DNA of 64,000 nucleotides from Octopus sinensis (lineage: Eukaryota). The translations under genes were made by a program, and so were the position numbers. Of the stretch, positions 37,761 through 49,102 are shown piece after piece. The notes under the pieces are model-generated. The model had not been told where the DNA came from and did not search any database. It saw only the letters and a program-made list of their open reading frames with translations. How positions within the stretch are numbered: position 1 is the first letter of the stretch; every line of letters starts with the position of its first letter. Location: contig NC_042998.1 in assembly GCF_006345805.1 (NCBI RefSeq), forward strand, positions 160,766,001-160,830,000, written 5' to 3'.

Positions 37761-38930
37761 GTATTTCAGATAGAATCTAAGTGTCAATACCTACAAAATC
37801 TGAAAAGAAAAAAAACATAAAATCCTATTTTAAAAGCCAACAAACTTGATAAATTTAAATTACTATTATAATTAGTTTTATTAGTTTTATTATTACTATT
37901 TTTCACTCAGACACACAGAAAAAATTATTTGCTATCAATATTTTTATCTTAAACTGTATGTAAATGGCTGATAGAATAAAGCATATTTTCATTGAAAACA
38001 ATAATATGAATGAACATAACACAAATAAGACACATTCCACAAGATTTTTCAATATCTAAGGATTGGGGTAGATAGCTAATTCTAATCTTAAATCTTTATC
38101 TCAAGTTCTTTGTCAAATAATAATCCTATCACAGCCTCTTTATCTTCGTCTGTGAGATAAATTTCTTGAGCACCAAAGATGTGTAACAAAACTAACACAA
38201 AGCTTCGTTGAGTCAGATTTGTCATGTCAGTATGGATTCCAGCTTAAGAATGAATATCTAGAAACTGACAGAATCCACCAGAAATCTGGTTATACAAATG
38301 ATCTCATAGAAACTTAGTAGTCAGGAATATACATCTGTTGCCTTAAAGCTTAGCATGCTTTCATGTGTCCTTTCTTTTTAGTTTAGCATAGAACTAACTT
38401 AGCTTTATGAAAATATATAACCAGTTTAAATGTCATAATTTAGTGGACATTTAGAATTCAAAATAAATTTGATGTTGTTTTTCTATAGAATTGACTTAAT
38501 AACTTCAATTAAGATGCATTGAAATTTTACGTATAATTAAAAAAAAGTTAAGCAAAAACTATGGGGTTTTAAGGATGGATATTATTACCTGTCATTCACC
38601 TTTCCAGCCTTGTAAAGAGCCAATCAAATACTGGAATTGACATAATCAATTAACTCCAACTCACATCAAAATTATTGGCCCCCTGTCTAAATTAGAAACA
38701 TCTGTTAATATCATTGTTGTTGCTATTGTTATTGTCATTATTATTATTATTATTACTCTTATAAAGTAAAGGCAGCTTTTTTTGAGTTCACCTTCAAAAT
38801 GTATTGCTTTTTCAAGCATTAAACAACAATGATGATAATGATATATATATATATCTTTAAATCCTTAAAAATGTTTCAGCCCGAAGGGTGCAGCAATATA
38901 TATGATATATATATATATATATATATATAT

Positions 38931-39146
38931 ATCGTTAATCCAAACAAGAAAGCACAAAAAAACACAACGCGAGGACGTGGAACAAATATAGTATTATTGG
39001 ACGCTCAGGAAAGAAGGAAAGAAGGAGGGTTTAACGTTTCGAGCGGAGCTTTTCGTCGGAAACATAGGAGAAGGAAAGATCCAGAGAAGGGAGGACAGAG
39101 GAAAAAAAATCGCCAATGGTACACACGAGGTCACATTTTGATATAT
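38931..39146 (-). mobile_element. Second copy of the ~215-bp hammerhead-like PLE terminal element
   Basis: Homologous to 10035-10250; - strand GTTT-CCGACGA-AAAGCTCCGCTC-GAAAC-GTT-AAAC at 39063-39029; flanked by (TA)n. Confidence 0.6.
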
Positions 39147-39154
39147 ATATCATT

Positions 39155-40282
39155 ATAATCATTGTCATTTAACATCCACTGTCCATGCTGGCATGGGTTG
39201 GACGGTTTGACTGAGGGCTGGCAAGCCAGGAGGCTGCGCCACGCTTCAATCTGATCTGGCAAAGTTTCTACATCTGAATGCTCTTCCTAACACCAACCAC
39301 TCCAAGAATGTAGTGGGTGCTTTTTACATGCCACCGGCACAGGACTAGTCAGGCAGCACTGGCATCGCCCACGCTTGAATGGTGCTTTATATGTGCCACC
39401 AGCACAGGTGCCAATCAGGTGGTACTGTCATCAGCTGTGACAATGACTTCACTTGACTCAACAGGTCTTTGCAAGCACAGTTTATTGCCCAATGATTGAA
39501 GGGTACTCTTAAATGGGCTGGTTATTATGCACTGGCATAGGCCATGGTTATGGTCTCACTTGGCTTGCTGGGCCTTCTCAAGCACAGTATATCTCCAAAG
39601 GTCATGGTCACTTGTCATCGCCTCTGTGAGGCCCAAAGTTCGAAGGTCATGCTTCACCACCTCATCCCAGATCTTCCTGGGTCTACCTCTTCCACAGGTT
39701 CCCTGTATTGTTAGGGTGTGACACTCTTTCACACAGTTGTTCTCATCTATATGCAACACATGACCATACCAGCACAGTTGTCTCTCTTGCACACCACATC
39801 TGATGCTTCTTATATCCAACATTTCTCTCAGGGTGCTTACACTCTGTTGTGTAAGCACACTGACACTGCACATCAAGTGGAGCATACTAGCTTCATTCCT
39901 TGCAAGCTTACACATGTTCTCAGCGGTCATGGCCCATATTTCACTGCCATGTAGCATGGTGTTTGCACACATGGATCATACAGTCTACCTTTTACTCTGA
40001 GCAAGATGCCCTTTGTCACCAGCCCAGGCTATTCTTATTCTAGCAGCCACACTCTCAAAGCATCCATCCCCACTACTGACATGGTCACCCAGGTAATGGA
40101 GGCTATCAACTACTTCTAGTTTTTCCCCTGGCATGTGATGATAGATGAATGGTTAGTGCAAGCCATGTACAGGGATGCTGTCAGTAAGGTGAGGGTTGGC
40201 AACGAGTATAGTGAATAATTCAAGCATCTCAACAATCTCACTAGACCTACCTTTCAGTGTGCCAATATTAAGTATGCCAAAT
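39155..40282 (-). mobile_element. Rearranged RTE LINE: APE start (40222-40282, -), inverted RT piece (40141-40222, +), RT C-terminus plus 3' UTR and tail (39155-40140, -)
   Basis: LNIGTLKGRSSEIVEMLE; + strand IDEWLVQAMYRDAVSKVRVGNEYSE; EKLEVVDSLHYLGD, LHGSEIW, WYGHV, GRGRPRKIWDEVV. Confidence 0.88.
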
Positions 40283-40645
40283 GTGTCACAGAATCTGCAT
40301 GTAGGGTCAGAACTGTTTTGAAGAATGTTAACCTGGTAGTTTTTGGTAAGCAAGCTTTGAACTTGAGTGGCCAATATGAAACCTTCAGTCTCTGCTTTCA
40401 GTCCTGAACTTCTCTGCCACTGATGGGTTGTTGCTTGGCATTTTGATTTTGAAGTATATATTGTCCATGCAGAGGCTTCTGGCTCCATCACTCCTCAATT
40501 TGTTTCTGCCCATTCTTTTTTTCAGCCTGCTTGATCTGTTTTGCCTGTTTTGTGGTTCTAGGTCCTTCATCTAATTAAGGCTTAATGCAAAGTTCCCTTG
40601 CAAATTAGCAAGCTTCCTTGACTATAGAATGTGATTTTTTGCTGC
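40283..40645 (-). mobile_element. R4/Dong-clade LINE fragment adjacent to (TTA)n
   Basis: WSQKPLHGQY and THQWQRSSGLKAETEGFILATQVQSLLTKNYQVNIL...DPTCRFC motifs; (TTA)n/(TTG)n at 40649-40775. Confidence 0.85.
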
Positions 40646-40689
<44 letters not shown>

Positions 40690-41869
40690 TATTATTATTA
40701 TTATTAATATTAATATTATTATTATTGCTATTATTATTATTGTTGTTGTTGTTGTTGTCGTTGTTGTTGTTGTCGAGTTGTTGTAAGTAAGACTAGATTT
40801 TCTAATATATTCTGTCCTTATATATGTCAATAAAATGTAATTTGGGCAAAATTTGTCTACTATTTCTAGCAAGTCAAACCACCATATAGTGGCTTCCCTA
40901 GTCAATATACATGCGTTTATGAGATGAGGATGTCAGAGATAATAAAGCACAACTTTTATAAAATATGTAAAAATGTTGGTCAATAAGTAATGATAAGATT
41001 TATACTTTGTTGCAAAAGTATTTATTGTTAAGTAAACACTTCTTATATACTATTTAGAATACAAAAAACGAAAAAAAATGTTAAAAATAATAGCATCTTT
41101 ATTAGCCCATTCTTATAATTAGAGTCTATTTTTATAGATCTTTTCAGGGAAACACACCATCTTCAGATATATTGCAAAATGCTTTATTAATTGTGGATCA
41201 TCAAGAAAGGACCATATTTATTGGAAAGCAGATCCAATAAAAAAAAAACATTACATTTTTTTGTCAACAATATAGATATTCTTTTGAGTTGCCTCAAAGC
41301 TAATTTTGATAAGTGATGAGTATAATTGATTGAATTTCCAGGATATTGTTTGTATTATTTTATCAACCTAGAAGGATGAAAAGCAGAGTAAACTCAATGG
41401 AGTAAAACTGCTCCTGTTTTAGCCATTCAGAACAAAGCCTTTCTCATTTTGCCCACTGAGACCATGAATTAAACATATAGTGATTAAAGAAAATAATAAT
41501 AAACCAGACAATGACAGATGTTACATTTACAATTTTCTAACAAATACGGAAGACAACTTTAGCAGTGTTTCTGCTTCTTTTAAGCACCATCAGGGGGAGT
41601 GTAGCCTTAATGCAATCTGAAAAATGCATAGCAAAGCAGAGGTTTAAATATGCAGAAATATATATTTGCCATCACTGATAACACAGAATAGTTTAAATAG
41701 TTTAGATAGTAATGTATTATAGTCTCTTTTGAATAAATACAAAGAATATTTTCAAGAATTTATTGACATAGCTTTCATCCTAGTTGGAGTGAAAGACAAA
41801 GTCATCTTTGATGGTATTGAAATTTAGATCTTGAGGCTATATATAGTATATAGTTTATTAATATTAACA

Positions 41870-42062
41870 ACACCTAAGGCAGTGAGCTAGCAGAATCAAT
41901 ACTAAAATACTTAGTGAGATCTCTTCAACTTTATGATCTGAGTTTAAATTCCTTTTATCCTTTTGGGGGTTGATAAAGTAAGTACCAGTTGAACACTGGG
42001 GTTGATGTAATTAACTTACATTTGAAATTGCTGGCCTTGTGCTAAAATTTGAACTCAATATT
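41870..42062 (+). mobile_element. SINE family B, degenerate
   Basis: GGCAGTGAGCTAGCAGAATC...AAGTACCAGTTGAACACTGGGGTTGATGTAATT. Confidence 0.75.
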
Positions 42063-43343
42063 AATAGCATCTAATTATTACAGTGTTCAGTTTCCATAAA
42101 ATAGGTGTCAACAAACTTGATTAAAACCCCTTCCTTCAAAAAGTGGTTTAGTCTAAATAAATACTTAGTAAACCTGAGCAGGTATCTTCTACTATGACTC
42201 CAAGCTGACCAATACTCTGTGAGTAAATTTGGTAGTTGGAAAATGTGTGGAAGCTCATTTTCTGTGTGTGTGTGTGTGTGCGCATGTAGGATATGGTTTT
42301 GGCACTGTGAATCATTCATGTAATACTTGCTCTTTTTGACCATGTGATTTTTGCTATGAGTTTAGGCATTGCTATCTCTTATTAGTTAGTAAGAACTTTC
42401 TCCAGACTTTAATCATAATTTGATGTCACTTTATTCAATTCAAGCATTTAAGTTAGACATCAGCTAAGACAATTTATTGCAAAGAAAACATGCATAACAA
42501 AGATAATCATATTGTTCAGTTATCATTTTTATTGTGGGCTTGCTGTCTTGAGATGCAGGCTTGATGCATACAATTCTAGTTTGAAAGACATTAGGTGTTT
42601 TGAGCCAGATTCGGTGGTTGTGTTGAATGCTTCATGCATTGCAATACATGGAAGAGTTCTTGACAGTTCAATGTGTAAAATTAGTGTAGAAGTAAACAGG
42701 AAATACAGAGGAAGACATACTAAAAGAGAATGATTATGGATGTTTAGTAAAAAGTAGGAAAAAAAGTTCAATGTAAAGTGAGAGAGAGCAAAAAAATGAA
42801 AGAATAAAAGTTTGGAAAGGAACAAGTAAAAAAGCAGAACAAAGGTATGTAGGAAAGAAATATCAACAATTGAAATAAGAGTGATAGAAATAGAGAGGGG
42901 GAAGAGAGAAAGAAACGATCATAAGAGAGGTGTAAGGAGACTAAAGTTAAAATAGTGAGAGGACGAATGAAGCTGGAGATTGAAAAAAGCTGAAAGAGGT
43001 TAGGTAAGAGTAGGAACATGTGGTGAGAGTAAAGGAGGATGAGGAATGAGAGGAGAAGAGAAGGAAGGAGGGATAAAAATTGATTATTATGTAAATGATT
43101 ACATGGTTTGATTTGCATGCATGATTTCATTCAGGAAGGGATAAGACATAGCTGAACTGTAGATGGCGTGGAAAAATTCATTTCCATGATCAATATATAC
43201 ATACATATATACATACATACATACATACATACATACATACATACATACATACATACATACATACACACACATACATACACACGTGTGTGTGTGATTGTAT
43301 AAATTACTATATATATATTTGGATGGTCACATTTTTTTGTCTA

Positions 43344-43374
<31 letters not shown>

Positions 43375-43894
43375 ACTACAATATATATATGTTTGTGCTA
43401 CAAATATAGTTTATGTTCAGGGAAAAAAATGGTTGCTCATTTAAAACTGCAACAAAATGCTTTCAGTATTTTAAAAATAAAATAACTAATATCTACGTTT
43501 GTTCATTAATTTTATTTTTCGTCATTTATTCTGAAATGGATTATTACATCTGCATAACATTCTTTTGTTTAACCTTCTGTTACACTAACTTATCTTTTTG
43601 CACTGCATAAAACTTTTTCTTAATCGTTGACTTTTATCCTGCTTTATTATCCACTAACAATTTTCTGTTTCGTTTCCATTTTGTTTTTGTTTTTTTTTTG
43701 TAATTGATATCATTACAGCTATCATTGTATCTATTAAAGTAACTTGCAATAAGTTTGAATATAGGGGGTGGCTGAAAAAAAAAATGAAAATGAACATAAA
43801 CATTGACATCAATTTACAAGCAACACTAGTTTGGCAGGGCATGAATCTCACCCTGCCATTTTGGTTAATAATAAATTTAGTTGCTGTTTTTCTT

Positions 43895-44148
43895 TTTAAT
43901 TATCATTATCATCATCATAATCATCATCATAATCATCATCATTGTTATTGTCATAATCATTGTCCTCTTCCTCCTCCTTATCATCATCATCATTAACATT
44001 ACTATCGTCATTCCTCATCATCTTCATTGTCACCATCATCTTCAACATTACCATCATTATCATGATCCTCATCGTCATCATCATCATGAATGATCCTCCT
44101 CATCATCATCCTCATCATCATCATCATCATCATCATCATACTCATCAA

Positions 44149-44180
<32 letters not shown>

Positions 44181-44200
44181 CCATCATCATCATTATTATT
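43895..44200. repeat. Imperfect (CAT)n trinucleotide array, about 300 bp
   Basis: Direct reading; generates poly-H/I/S and poly-M/D ORFs. Confidence 0.95.
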
Positions 44201-44894
44201 TTTGTAATGATAGTTTTGGTAAAGAATTTTGCTTGCAGTTTTGCAGAACAAACAATGTTTGTCAAAAAATCATGAAAGATTATATCCTGATTTATAATGC
44301 TTTCATTTAGATTTCATTCTGCATATTCATCACCGAATTACTTCCAATGCAATATTTGTTTTCTGTATAGCCTCTTCAGATATTGCAAACCAATGAGTAA
44401 TTACTTTAAATTCAAATAAATGGGAGAAGAGAGAGAGAAAAAGAGAGAAAGAGAGAATGAAAGAGAAAAAGGGCGAAAGAAAGAAAGAGAGGAAAGTGAG
44501 AGGTAGACAGAAAGAGAGAAAAGGAATTGTTTAAGGGGAAAAAAGAGAAAACATGAAAAAGTAATGTGAATTGAAGGAAAATTAAAAAAAGATATGTTCT
44601 CATAATTTATATAGGAAAATAAATATTTTGTTGAAATATTTGTCTTTTGTTTGTCAACTTACAGGAAAGAAAATGGTGAAAATAGAAAGCAAAACGGTTG
44701 TGATGAATTACCTAATATATCAATAATACAATGTTTGTGTGTATGTGTGTGTGTGTGGGATTTGTTTGTGTGGCTTCGCAACCATCTATGTACTCCTGTT
44801 TGTATGCGTGTTGTGTAAATTTGTATGTATTCTTGTGTGTGTATGTGTGTGTGAATACTCATATGTTTATACCTATGTATGTGTGTATACATAT

Positions 44895-44949
<55 letters not shown>

Positions 44950-45040
44950 TATACATATACACACAAACATATATATATATAGATATATATACAAACACAT
45001 ATATATATATATATACATACATATATGCACAAACACATAC

Positions 45041-45073
<33 letters not shown>

Positions 45074-45122
45074 CACATAAATATGTATATATGTATATAT
45101 CTACACACATATGCATATATAT

Positions 45123-45155
<33 letters not shown>

Positions 45156-45429
45156 GAATATAGAATCCTAAAGGCAGAATAAATAAGCACTTGTATGTAT
45201 ATTTGTCAGGAGAGTGGGTATATTAATCAAAGTGTACAGTATTGTACATCCATTATGGCCAATCATACCAATTGGTTTTACACTGGGTGTTAAACTGGAT
45301 GTTATGTAATACTGTATGTGCATCAGACATAGCAGGTATGAAAAAATATGATGATTGTTCTCCATTACTGGAGGTGAAATGCTACATATGGTAAGTAGGT
45401 GCTGCAGAAAGAGATGAAATGAGCTGAAC

Positions 45430-46620
45430 AAGTGTTATTCCAAGAGTCATGTCCCTTGACCCCAAAGGTCTTTGAGGTGATATCTACAAGAGTTTTCTGA
45501 AAATGTGTGTAGGAGTTAGGGGTTGGTATTCATGTAGGCTTTGAATGTTTTCAGGGATTTTATAGGTGTGCTGGGTGGTTGTCAGAATGCTTAAGCTCAT
45601 TTTAGGGTGCATATGTGTCTGTACATTCTTTTGTGTATATTTTGATTAAACTCAAGCCCAAAAATAGAAAACTGGTGGTAGTCATGATGGGGCCCATAGG
45701 TACAATAAAGCATACCTTCTTTCATGTGGGTGAGGGCTAAAATGTTCACTTCTGCAGTTTAGGTAGGTGTCTGGGTGTTGAGAGTTTCTGATATGGTTCT
45801 TTTCTTGACTAAACATAACCTGTACTTTCTGCTGCTATTAAAATAAGCCTTGCCCTTCTCTAAGATTTTTCACTTTTGCTGAACTCTAATATATTTTCCT
45901 TTAGTAACCATATGTACCTGGTGGACTGTTGCTCTTTGTCTCTCTTGGATATTGAAAGATGACTTATGGTTCTTGAATCTAATCCTGAAGGGACTTTCTA
46001 TTGCTCCTTCTACGGGTTTTGGCTGCTCATGTGGGTTTTTTAATGTTACATTTGCCTCATATACAAATGTTTCCATGTTACAGTAGCTCTTAAGGAGAAA
46101 GGTAATGTTATCTCTATGAACATCTCAGATATAAGCCTATCTACTAATATCTTTTTTACCCTAAGTGCACAGCTAAATGAAACTCTTAAGGTGTGCCTAT
46201 TAAAAATTTTACTGAGCCTGTTCATACAGGGAAAGTGTTTATCCTTTAAGCTTCAGAAAATCCTATCCACACAAGTTTTTACTCCACGAATTCCCTTGGT
46301 GTCAAGATCACAATGGAGGATTCCTTTGATGTGACTTTGGACTTGGAATCTGAGGCCTTTAGGCTTTTAGGATGCTATGAGAGGCTGACACATTAACACA
46401 ACTTCTTGTTATCTAACCATATTATTCAAGAGACTGGTAAAGAAAGACACCAGAAAAATTTCCAACCTGTCTTCAAGTAAAGCAAGTTTCAATATTGCTG
46501 CCCTGTACTGTAGTTCTGAAAATCAGCAGTTTTAAGGATAGGGTTAGTTATAGGCCGAACCTTAAACCCTCCAAAAGAAAATGCCACTAGAACGTGTTAT
46601 GGTTCACCCCACTTTTCCTT
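45430..46620 (-). mobile_element. Penelope-like element remnant (RT C-terminus, linker, GIY-YIG endonuclease)
   Basis: DKHFPCMNRLSKIFNRHTLRVSFSC, VYEANVT...VEGAIESPFRIRFKNHKSSF, ILEKGKAY...RLCL. Adjacent 45170-45430 may be its 3' UTR. Confidence 0.8.
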
Positions 46621-46989
46621 AAGTGAAAAAGATATGGCCATGGTTTGAATGTTCATGATGATAAGATTGCTCATTCAGGTCTGACTAAGCAACAACAATA
46701 ACACCAACAACAGCAGCAACAATTGTAATTCAAATGAACAATAGAATTTTCCATAACTCTGCTAGTATGTTCATTAGCTCTTTATAGCCTTGTGTATATT
46801 TTAACATTTTAAAACTATAATTATTGTTTATAGCCTCAAATCAGCTTTGATCAAGCAAATCTTTGATCAAAAACATTCCTCACTGGCCACACACATTGTG
46901 TTTTCAGACATAGTGTTTCTAGGTTGACATTATCTTTTATCTTTTTAAAAGAGAAATACTGAATCTGAATATGGCTTGATGCATATTTC

Positions 46990-47215
46990 TTATTTCTTTA
47001 TTGCCCATAAGGGGCTAAACACAGAGGGGACAAACAAGGAGAGACAAAGGGATTAAGTCAATTACACTCGACCCCAGTGCATTACTGGTACTTAATTTAT
47101 CGACCCCGAAAGGATGAAAGGCAAAGTCGACCTTGGCAGAATTTGAACTCAGATGAAATACTGCTAAGCATTTTGCCCAGCATGCTAACGTTTCTGCCAT
47201 CTCGCCTTGATGCAC
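46990..47215 (-). mobile_element. SINE family B, well conserved
   Basis: TTGCCCATAAGGGGCTAAACACAGAGGGGACAAACAAG...CCCGAAAGGATGAAAGGCAAAGTCGACCTTGGCAGAATTTGAACTCAG. Confidence 0.9.
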
Positions 47216-47406
47216 ATTTCTAACAGACTATACAATCCTAACAAGGCTTCCACATAGCATGGACAGCCATTTTTGGAAAATGGGTCCCCTGTGACATGAA
47301 TCATCGTCAGGCAGGTTGCAGTACTAAAATAATGAAGGTAATTTTTCATTAGGTATGTCTTTAAGAAAGTCCTGCAGGCAGCAATTTGCTCATGAATGGT
47401 CTATAG

Positions 47407-47767
47407 CAGTGGTTCTCTAACCAGGGTTCATATTGCCCCTGAGGGTCCATATAATATTTTTGGTGGCCCATGCAACAAGATAGTAAACTGGGAATCTATA
47501 ATAGTATTTTAAAGGACCCTGAAAAAATTTAGGTGTATGTACTTGTACTTGTAGGTAATGCAAAACAAACAAACTAACAAAGACAGCTAGTGTTCTTCCT
47601 TTATGTAGTTCAACTTACACAAGTTAATGTGTAAAAAACAAAGTAGGAATTTCGAAAGAAGTTTCTGTAAAACTAGTTTTTAAACATTGAATGGCTATGG
47701 GGGTTCACCTGAATAAAATAATAATGAAAGGAGTCCATAGATAAAAAAGAATGGTTGAGAACCTCTG
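47407..47767. mobile_element. hAT-superfamily MITE (361 bp)
   Basis: TIRs CAGTGGTTCTCTAACC and GGTTGAGAACCTCTG; 8-bp TSD GTCTATAG / GTCTATAA (7/8). Confidence 0.9.
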
Positions 47768-48158
47768 GTCTATAATGATACAAGGATGTATGAATAAAGA
47801 TGTTTTTTTCCAGTGAGTTTCTTTTTTTTCCTTGTGAAACATCAACTATTTAGTCCATTTAAAGTTTAAAAACATTAGATTTAAAACGAAACACATTTTG
47901 AAAGACCATAAAATCTTTTTCAATTTCTTTTGATACCTTTTCAACTGTCCGTCTTTTAAAATTATATTTCTTTGAAAGAAGAGACTTAACCTAATTTCAT
48001 GAACTGTAGGTGAGATAAACTCATCAGAGATGCTTTGCCCCATGCAGAGACTGCAGGAGCTGCTCAAAGGTTTTGCAAGCTCTTCTAAATTCATTGCAAG
48101 GCTGCTAGAAACCTCCCTTATCGTTGGTAGTATCTCAATATCTCATTTTTCCCCTTAC

Positions 48159-48211
48159 CTTGTATGCTTCGCCTGAGTGGAGCAGTGAGGACTGAACTAG
48201 TCTGAACAAAT
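48159..48211 (-). other. Candidate 53-nt exon
   Basis: Acceptor TTGATATTCAG, donor AAG|GTAAGG; open phase 1-to-0 frame xLFRLVQSSLLHSGEAYK; no recognised homologue. Confidence 0.25.
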
Positions 48212-48274
48212 CTGAATATCAAGCAAACTCATTCTCATTAGAAAGGCCATTTTGAAAATCAATTTGAGTACAAG

Positions 48275-48526
48275 ACATGCATACATGCATACATACATAC
48301 ATACATATATACATACATACATACATACATACATACATACATACATACATACATACATACATACATACATGCATGCACGCACACACACATACATACATAC
48401 ATACATACATACATACATACATACATACATACACATACATACATACATACATACATACATCATACATACATACATACATGCATGCACGCACACACACATA
48501 CATACATACATACATACATACATACA

Positions 48527-48556
<30 letters not shown>
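48275..48556. repeat. (TACA)n microsatellite with a ~109-bp higher-order duplication
   Basis: The interruption ATGCATGCACGCACACACAC occurs near 48369 and 48478. Confidence 0.9.
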
Positions 48557-48557
<1 letters not shown>

Positions 48558-49071
48558 GAAAATTAAGAAAAAGGGTTTATCTATGGACAGCTGCTTTGAA
48601 ACCTCCAGCTTCGATATACAGACTATGAATTCATATTCATACAAATGATAATTGGATCACTAAGTTTTGTTAGTAAATGCTTGAAAGAGAATCTAGATAA
48701 GCTGGGATTTTCAGGAAGAGAAATCGATTGTAATTCGTACATTACAAGTGCAATCTGTGAGTGGAACAGTAAAAATATGCAAGACTTTTCTCAAGTTAGA
48801 AATGGGAATTTGTCTGTGTTAACTATATCCCAAAGATGGAGCCTTGCATCTTTGTTGGTAATTGGCTTCCTCCTCTGTGGAAGATTTATAATAATTAAAA
48901 AATAGAAGAGACATACATACATATATAGATATATGCATACATACACACAGATACATACACACATACATGCATACATCCATTTATACATGCATACATACAT
49001 ACACACAATCATCCATGCATACACCCATCCATACATACAAACATTCACTCATCCCTCCATCCATTCTCTCA

Positions 49072-49102
<31 letters not shown>

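Noticed and set aside
38060-38330. Short protein-like frames on both strands (MTNLTQRSF...DKELEIKI; ...CQYGFQLKNEY...)
   Set aside because: Under 55 codons, no splice support; could be an ancient LINE remnant but not demonstrable by eye.
38860-38895. C(UUCG)G-type hairpin followed by GAAAC on the - strand
   Set aside because: No CUGANGA box and the stem is interrupted; at most a truncated repeat terminus.
42512-42825. Overlapping + and - ORFs in unique sequence; the - ORF stop overlaps AATAAA
   Set aside because: No domain similarity seen; the 5' part of the - ORF is low-complexity; phase is incompatible with the open phase-0 reading of the 48.2-kb candidate exon.
43784-44310. Poly-His, poly-Met and poly-Asp ORFs
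   Set aside because: Frames of the (CAT)n array; no splice or domain support.
45210-45396. Acceptor at 45208-45209 and donor GTAAGT at 45391
   Set aside because: All three frames are closed across the exon, and it lies at the probable 3' UTR of the - strand Penelope remnant.
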